Shown here piece after piece: positions 25,930-32,000 of a stretch of DNA of 32,000 nucleotides (position 1 is its first letter; each line of letters opens with the position of its first letter). The notes below the pieces were generated by a model. The model saw only the letters and a program-made list of their open reading frames with translations. It ran no database searches and was not told the origin of the DNA. The stretch is from an uncultured archaeon (GTDB lineage: Archaea; Asgardarchaeota; Jordiarchaeia; Jordiarchaeales; Jordiarchaeaceae), in NCBI GenBank assembly GCA_964510585.1, contig CAZECW010000193.1:30001-62000 (forward strand). Direction: 5' to 3'. Position numbers and translations under genes: made by a program.

Positions 25930-28332
25930 ATGATGATACCATATGCACCTTGGCTTGTTTGGATAATTCCCATGTTAGGAGCAGTCCTAACACCCCTATT
26001 TAGCAAAATCCACCACAAATTCAGAGACCTATGCGCCATACTATTCGCAGGCGCAGCAGCAGTAATAGCCATAAGCATGATACCAGACATATGGGCCGGA
26101 TACATAACCCTACCCCAACCACAAATACTACTGGGACTAACAGCATTCCCCACATACCCCTGGGACATAACAATACCCCTAACCACAGACTGGCACATAA
26201 TCATCAAGTGGATGGCACTCATACCCTACGACTGGACCTACCTCTGGATACCCAACATCCCCATAAACCCACCATCACAAATAGGAGTCTACCTACCCCA
26301 AGGACTATACGCAGGAGTACTAGTAGACCCACTAAGCATATTCATGGCCAACGTAACCGCATGCATAGGATTCCTAATAATGGTCTTCTCCCTAGGCTAC
26401 ATGCACGGAGAACCAGACCTAACACGCTACTGGTTCTTCATGAACTTCTTCATCGGCGGCATGATATTCCTAGTAATATCCGACAACCTCATCCAAATGT
26501 TCATAGGCTGGGAAATAGTTGGGCTCTGCAGCTGGGGCCTAATAGGCTTCTGGCACAAAGCCCGAGAACCAAGCCCAGTCCCCGACTACGTAACAGAGGG
26601 AGAGTACAACGCCTACTGCGGCATGAAAGCATTCATAACCACAAAAGTCGGCGACATAGCCCTACTAATAGCAATAGTAATCATATTCTTCGCCTCCGGA
26701 ACCTTCAACTACGCCCAACTACAGCAAAACGCAGCAATACAACTCCTCAACCCACTAATAGGCCTCACAAGTAATGGTCTGGGTTGGGTGAGCAGCCTAG
26801 CCATAAGAGGACTACTCCCCGCAGTAGCCATACTATTCTTCGGCGGCCCAGTAGCAAAATCCGCACAGTTCCCACTAGACGTATGGTTACCAGAAGCCAT
26901 GGCTGGTCCCACAACAGTCTCAGCACTCATACACGCTGCCACCATGGTAAAGGCAGGTGTATACCTAGTAGCCAGAATGCTACCCATATTCTTCGGAGTA
27001 CCACACCTACTACAAACCCTAATAGTAGACCCCACACTATATACACTCTATGGCCTAACCCTCAACGCCCAACAATGGCTCCTACTCTACATAAACGTCC
27101 AAATGGGAATACAAATCTTCTTCACAACCGTTGCCATCATAGGAGGATTCACAGCCTTCCTCACAGCCAGCATGGGCCTAGTAGCAAGCGAAATCAAAAA
27201 AGTCCTAGCCTACTCCACCATGTCACAAATTGGATACATGATGCTTGCCCTGGGAATCGCTGGAATCTCTGGAGTCACAGCCATGGGATTTCTCGCTGGT
27301 ACATTCCACCTCATGGCCCACGCCATCTTCAAGGCCCTATTGTTCCTTAGCGCCGGAGCGGTTCTCCACGCTGTGGAAACTAAGAACATGTTTGAGATGG
27401 GTGGCCTAAAAACAAGGATGCCCATCACATACGCCTGCTTCCTTGTGGGTGCTCTATCCCTAGCGGGCTTTCCAGGATTTGCCGGCTTCTTCAGCAAGGA
27501 GGCAATACTCGGCGCAACACTACAAGCAAACCAACTAATTCTCTTCGCATTGGCAGGAATTGTGGTAGCAATGACCACCTTCTACACATTCCGTATGTTG
27601 GGATTAACCTTCCACGGACCAGAAAGCAAACATGTCAAAAGCTACGAGAAGGAAAAAGGGCCAGTTCACGAGGCCCCACCAGTCATGTGGACACCACTAG
27701 TAGTACTGGCTGGCGGCACAATACTAGCTGGATGGTTTGAGCCAGTTTTCAGAAAATACTTCCTAGGACCATTCACCAACTACCTGCACAGTTTCCAGGA
27801 GCTTTTCCACGTACAGCCATACCTTCTAGGCGGGCTGATTTTCAGTGAAGTCCCCTATGGCCTGTCCGAAGAGGCAACTCTACTCTTGGAGTACTGGCAC
27901 TACTTTGAGATGACCAGTTACAGCGGATGGCTGGCAGAACTGGCAAGCGCTTGGCCATCAATCCTGCTTTCACTGGGACTATTCGCTCTGGGCTTCATAC
28001 CTGCTTGGTACTACTACATATCCCGAAGGGGCGCCGCAGAAAGAATAACCAGCAGCCGTTTGGGTGGAGCTATCTGGAAATTCTTGGTAAACAGGTGGTA
28101 TATCAACCAGCTCTACCACATAGTTTTCGTCAAGGGATTCCTGGCGGGAATCGCTTGGCTCTACAGAAACCTGGAAGTCAAGGTTCTTGACGGATTCAAC
28201 TACGCTACTGCAAAGTTGACCATAGTGGTAAGCGACAAGTTCAGAAGGACACAGACTGGAATAGCGTTCATCAATGCACTAATGATAGTTTTGGGAGTGA
28301 CAATACTGGCAATAATATTTGTACTATGGTAG
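25930..28332 (+). CDS. NuoL-like antiporter subunit with lateral helix
   Basis: GWEIVGLCSW.LIGFW, KAFITTKVGD, AKSAQFPL..WLPEAMAGPTTVSALIHAATMV.AGVYL, LAYSTMSQIGYM, HA.FKALLFL.AG and a C-terminal D...DG...QTG. Confidence 0.93.
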   Translation: MMIPYAPWLVWIIPMLGAVLTPLFSKIHHKFRDLCAILFAGAAAVIAISMIPDIWAGYITLPQPQILLGLTAFPTYPWDITIPLTTDWHIIIKWMALIPYDWTYLWIPNIPINPPSQIGVYLPQGLYAGVLVDPLSIFMANVTACIGFLIMVFSLGYMHGEPDLTRYWFFMNFFIGGMIFLVISDNLIQMFIGWEIVGLCSWGLIGFWHKAREPSPVPDYVTEGEYNAYCGMKAFITTKVGDIALLIAIVIIFFASGTFNYAQLQQNAAIQLLNPLIGLTSNGLGWVSSLAIRGLLPAVAILFFGGPVAKSAQFPLDVWLPEAMAGPTTVSALIHAATMVKAGVYLVARMLPIFFGVPHLLQTLIVDPTLYTLYGLTLNAQQWLLLYINVQMGIQIFFTTVAIIGGFTAFLTASMGLVASEIKKVLAYSTMSQIGYMMLALGIAGISGVTAMGFLAGTFHLMAHAIFKALLFLSAGAVLHAVETKNMFEMGGLKTRMPITYACFLVGALSLAGFPGFAGFFSKEAILGATLQANQLILFALAGIVVAMTTFYTFRMLGLTFHGPESKHVKSYEKEKGPVHEAPPVMWTPLVVLAGGTILAGWFEPVFRKYFLGPFTNYLHSFQELFHVQPYLLGGLIFSEVPYGLSEEATLLLEYWHYFEMTSYSGWLAELASAWPSILLSLGLFALGFIPAWYYYISRRGAAERITSSRLGGAIWKFLVNRWYINQLYHIVFVKGFLAGIAWLYRNLEVKVLDGFNYATAKLTIVVSDKFRRTQTGIAFINALMIVLGVTILAIIFVLW

Positions 28333-28344
28333 GAGGAATAAGAA

Positions 28345-30165
28345 ATGATAAACAACATTTTAGCAAGCTACGAACTACTTGCATCAATAGCAGTACTACT
28401 AATAATGGGACCCATAGTTTACCTTATAGGAAAAAAGTCCGGCAAAGCTGCAAGATGGCTAGCCTTCCTAACCGCAGCAACATCAGCAGCACTCCTAGCA
28501 CACATAGGAATAATTTTACTCGACCCCTACGCAGTATCCCTAACAGTAACAATTGACTCCACGACATGGACTTACAGCTTCATATACTCAAGCCAAATAG
28601 TGCCAACCGCCGCATTACAGTTCAATGTGCAACTCTACCCCTTCACCACTTCCCTCAACCAAATCCCATGGATATGGAACAACTTCGACCGAGCAATAGC
28701 AGTCCCCATGTATCAGGCATACAGTGTAATACCCGACTACCCATACCTTGTACTGCTCTCCATGGATCCCCTAAGCAACATTCCAAGACTTCCTTCGCTT
28801 ACCGCTGGCCTACTCGCCGACGGTTTAAGCTATCCCATAGCCATACTCATCTCGGGATTGGGCGCCGCTGTAATGTTCTTCTCCGCCTACTACATGAAGG
28901 ACGTAGAGAGTCCAGGAAGCTTCTTTGGAAACATGCTATTCTTCATCGGTGGCATGATTGGAGTAGTACTGGCAACCACAGTAATAGAGTTCTTCATCTT
29001 CTGGGAAGTAATGCTAATACCATCGTACATACTGGTGAACCAGTTCGGACTGACCGAGAATAAGAGCAGAACCGCCCTCAAATACTTCCTGTGGACCACA
29101 TTCGGCAGCGTAATAATGTTTGTAGGAATATTCATGATGGGCGTAACCCTAAACACCTTCGACTTCCAACAAATGACCCTCAACCTAGCAGCAGCACAAA
29201 CCGCATACGCAACCTACCTTGGCACACTCATACCCTTCGGAGCAACATTCAACCAGTGGCTAAGCCTATTCCTAACCGGACTGGTACTCGTCATACCCGC
29301 AATACTAATCTTCATCGGCTTCGCAGTCAAAATGGCAATATTCCCACTCCACACCTGGCTACCAGACACATATATGGAAGCACCAATGCCCGTCGTCCTA
29401 CTATTAAGTGCGGCCATGACCAAAACCGCAGCCTACGGTATCGCCAGATTCCTAGTAATCTACATGGGCCCATCACTACAAATGCTCCAAGTAAGCCTAG
29501 CAATAATCGGACTAGTAACCGCAGCTTACGGCGGAATCATGGCATTAACACAAAACAACCTAAAGAAAATGCTAGCCTACTCATCTATGAGTCAAATGGG
29601 ATATATTTTGTTCGGCTTTGCTATGGTTTCGGTGCTGGGTGTGAACGGTTCGCTTCTACATATTTTGAACCATGGTATTTGCATGGGCGTATGGTTTATG
29701 GTTGCAGCAATCATATCGAAGGCTACTGGCACCTTGGACTTCGATAAACTTGGAGGTTTGTCTGAGAGGATGCCCGCAGTGGCCGCAATTGCTGTTATCG
29801 CTGGTTTATCAGTAGCTGGTGTTCCGCCCCTACTGGGCTTCTCCAGTGAGTGGATGATCTTTGCGGGTGGCGTGATGGCCACTCAGTACCTGCTTACAGC
29901 ATTGTTAATAGTGGCTACCGCAATCACACTGGGCTACTATCTATGGGCGGTTCGTCGGATTTTCTTCGGACCACTAAAAGAGGGACTTGAGAAAGTGACT
30001 ACTCCTCGAAGCCTACTGGCTCCAATTGTAGTTCTAGCAGCCTTCATAATCGTGTTGGGCATAGCGCCAGCAATTGCCACACAGTACTTTACGCCGATAA
30101 TCAACCAGATACTTGCGCCATGGTATGGATACCAACAAATACTGTATTTATTAGGAGGCCTGTAA
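28345..30165 (+). CDS. NuoM-like antiporter subunit
   Basis: FFIFWEVMLIP, KYFLWT..GS, FAVKMAIFPLHTWLPD...EAP, LAYSSMSQMGY, NHG and G.PPL.GF.SE. Confidence 0.92.
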   Translation: MINNILASYELLASIAVLLIMGPIVYLIGKKSGKAARWLAFLTAATSAALLAHIGIILLDPYAVSLTVTIDSTTWTYSFIYSSQIVPTAALQFNVQLYPFTTSLNQIPWIWNNFDRAIAVPMYQAYSVIPDYPYLVLLSMDPLSNIPRLPSLTAGLLADGLSYPIAILISGLGAAVMFFSAYYMKDVESPGSFFGNMLFFIGGMIGVVLATTVIEFFIFWEVMLIPSYILVNQFGLTENKSRTALKYFLWTTFGSVIMFVGIFMMGVTLNTFDFQQMTLNLAAAQTAYATYLGTLIPFGATFNQWLSLFLTGLVLVIPAILIFIGFAVKMAIFPLHTWLPDTYMEAPMPVVLLLSAAMTKTAAYGIARFLVIYMGPSLQMLQVSLAIIGLVTAAYGGIMALTQNNLKKMLAYSSMSQMGYILFGFAMVSVLGVNGSLLHILNHGICMGVWFMVAAIISKATGTLDFDKLGGLSERMPAVAAIAVIAGLSVAGVPPLLGFSSEWMIFAGGVMATQYLLTALLIVATAITLGYYLWAVRRIFFGPLKEGLEKVTTPRSLLAPIVVLAAFIIVLGIAPAIATQYFTPIINQILAPWYGYQQILYLLGGL

Positions 30166-30166
30166 A

Positions 30167-31921
30167 ATGATAAGCGACATTAACTTACTGTATCCCATAA
30201 TAATCCCAATTGGGACCGCGTTACTGGTACTAGGAGCTGGCTCCCTATTCGAAAAAGTGGCGGGAGGCAGACTCCAGAGAATTAGAGAAGCACTGGCAAC
30301 TTTAGGCTTCGCGGCTACGGCAGTGGTTATTTATCAGCTGTACTGGGATCTTACTGTTCTGAAACTAGTATCTGACTTCTCACTCCTAGTTTGGGGCGTC
30401 TATATTACGCCCACGTTCTACTTTGAGTACATGCCTGGCGGCTTTGCATTAAATATGTTCATAAATCTGTTGTTGGGCGGCGCGGGTCCGTTGTCACTGG
30501 TCACAGCACCGCCTACGGGCTCTGTGTTCGCAGTAGACTTTCTAAGCATGCTTATGGCGGCGGCCTTCACCGGTCTGGGGCTACTGGTATGCATCTACTC
30601 CATAAACTATATGGAGCACGATACAGGAAAGACCAAGTATTATGCAGCGCTACTAGTGCTGGTGGGTTCTCTTAACGGAATAGTTTTTGCAGGTGACCTG
30701 TTCACACTATTCGTGTTCTTTGAAATGATGAGCATCACCGCCTTTGTCTTGGTGGGATTCAGAAAAGAAAAGTGGGAACCGGTAGAGGCGGGTTTCAAGT
30801 ATCTAGTAATGGTGGCAGTTGGGAGCACTTTGATTCTCTACGCTAGCTCATTCATATATGGATACACTGGCACGCTAAACTTCGCCTACGTTGGAACCCT
30901 TATGAACGCTTTGGATCAGCTTCAATTGTACACTGGCAGACCTCTATTCTACCTGATAGTTGCATTTTTGATTGCGGGTTTCGGTGTTGAGTCTGCTATT
31001 GTGCCGTTCCACTTCTGGCTTCCTGACGCGCATCCGGCGGCTCCTAGCGGCATGAGTGCTATGCTGTCGGGTGTGGTGATCGCTTCTGGTGTGTATGCTT
31101 TGATTCGAAGCTTGACTGTGATGTTCCCAATTCAGTCCACACCATTCCCATATCTATGGTTCACGTTCTCCACAACTCCCTATAGTTACCCGTATGGTTT
31201 CCCATCCTTCCCCTATCCTTTTGACTGGAACTACGCACTAGTTGTACTGTCTATAATTACTATGGTTGTAGCTAACATCATGGCTCTCCTACAAAAGGAC
31301 ATTAAGCGTCTGTTAGCTTATAGCAGTATTCTAAACATCGGCTACATATTAATCGGCTTATCCACTGGGACCCTTCTGGGATTCACCGCTTCGTGGTTCC
31401 ACGTAGTTAACCATGCTATGATGAAGGGACTCCTGTTCTTGTGCGCGGGAGCTTACCTGCATGCTACGGGGTCTCGAATGCTAGATGACCTGTCTGGTAT
31501 TGGACGGAAGATGCCCGCTACAAGCATTGCTTTAGCTATTGGCTCTTTGGGGCTTATTGGTTTACCACCGTTCAATGGCTTCTGGTCTAAGCTGTTGTTG
31601 ATTCTTGCACCGGTTCAGCTTGCCCCCTTCACCCTGAATGGTGCGGTCTGGATTACTCTGGCTCTGGTGGCAGTATTGGCTAGTGGCTTCTCAGCCATAT
31701 ATTACTTGAGGCTGATTCAGATTATATGGTTTGGTAAGGAGTCTGCAAAGGTCAAGGAGCTGGAGAAGTCGAGAACTCCACTTTGGATGCTTGTGGCTAT
31801 TGTGCTACTGGCTGTGGGCTGCGTGGTTTTCGGCTTATTCCCAGGTGTGCTTTATGCTATATCAAATAGGGCGGCTGAGGCTCTATTCTACTTGCCAGCG
31901 TACTTTGGCGGAATCCTCTAA
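30167..31921 (+). CDS. NuoN/MrpD-like antiporter subunit
   Basis: GDLFTLFVFFEMMS, EAGFKYL, PFHFWLPDAHPAAPS..SAMLSG, KRLLAYSSI..IGY and GLPPFNGFWSK. Confidence 0.9.
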   Translation: MISDINLLYPIIIPIGTALLVLGAGSLFEKVAGGRLQRIREALATLGFAATAVVIYQLYWDLTVLKLVSDFSLLVWGVYITPTFYFEYMPGGFALNMFINLLLGGAGPLSLVTAPPTGSVFAVDFLSMLMAAAFTGLGLLVCIYSINYMEHDTGKTKYYAALLVLVGSLNGIVFAGDLFTLFVFFEMMSITAFVLVGFRKEKWEPVEAGFKYLVMVAVGSTLILYASSFIYGYTGTLNFAYVGTLMNALDQLQLYTGRPLFYLIVAFLIAGFGVESAIVPFHFWLPDAHPAAPSGMSAMLSGVVIASGVYALIRSLTVMFPIQSTPFPYLWFTFSTTPYSYPYGFPSFPYPFDWNYALVVLSIITMVVANIMALLQKDIKRLLAYSSILNIGYILIGLSTGTLLGFTASWFHVVNHAMMKGLLFLCAGAYLHATGSRMLDDLSGIGRKMPATSIALAIGSLGLIGLPPFNGFWSKLLLILAPVQLAPFTLNGAVWITLALVAVLASGFSAIYYLRLIQIIWFGKESAKVKELEKSRTPLWMLVAIVLLAVGCVVFGLFPGVLYAISNRAAEALFYLPAYFGGIL

Positions 31922-32000
31922 ATCTAATTCAATACCTTTTTTATTTTTTTTGGGAAAAATTGTCCTCGTCTTCTAGCCCTTTTTTGAGTTTTTGCTTCTT

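Noticed and set aside
26031-29747. Long alternate-frame ORFs (26031-26774, 26784-27350, 28566-29063, 29091-29747), and also 16825-17397
   Set aside because: They overlap well-supported genes, have biased T/H/N/P/R composition, and arise from the A/C codon skew that removes stop codons.
1-32000. CRISPR array, tRNA or rRNA genes
   Set aside because: No regularly spaced repeats or cloverleaf/rRNA signatures were recognised by eye.

Overview
This 32 kb window is archaeal and most likely from an Asgard archaeon. That assignment is inferred from a Rab-like GTPase next to a longin-domain gene and from a eukaryote-type SECIS element. The left part holds metabolic and housekeeping genes: a partial HdrD/GlpC-type Fe-S protein, NAD kinase, an FKBP, a ferredoxin missed by the ORF track, acyl-CoA dehydrogenase, a Rab/longin locus, a lipoate ligase, a twice-frameshifted radical SAM gene, a nitroreductase and a MoxR/VWA pair. 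A decayed mobile patch at 13.9-16.0 kb contains a truncated MFS gene, a 265-bp IS200/IS605-type mini-element with an omegaRNA-like structured core, and an IS5-like remnant. The right half encodes a complex I-like group 4 [NiFe]-hydrogenase split into two divergent operons (nuoABCDHI-like on the - strand, nuoJKLMN-like on the + strand). Between them sits a cassette of an LbpA/GcvH-type lipoyl carrier, a lipoate ligase and selD. The best finding is in selD. It has a CTG start, an in-frame UGA (Sec) and a 3' SECIS, and it is interrupted inside an active-site motif by a 30-nt stop-containing hairpin (23626-23655). The ends of that hairpin fall exactly on the predicted cut sites of a relaxed bulge-helix-bulge motif, so it is a candidate endonuclease-spliced pre-mRNA intron. 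All calls come from reading motifs by eye; no database searches were run.
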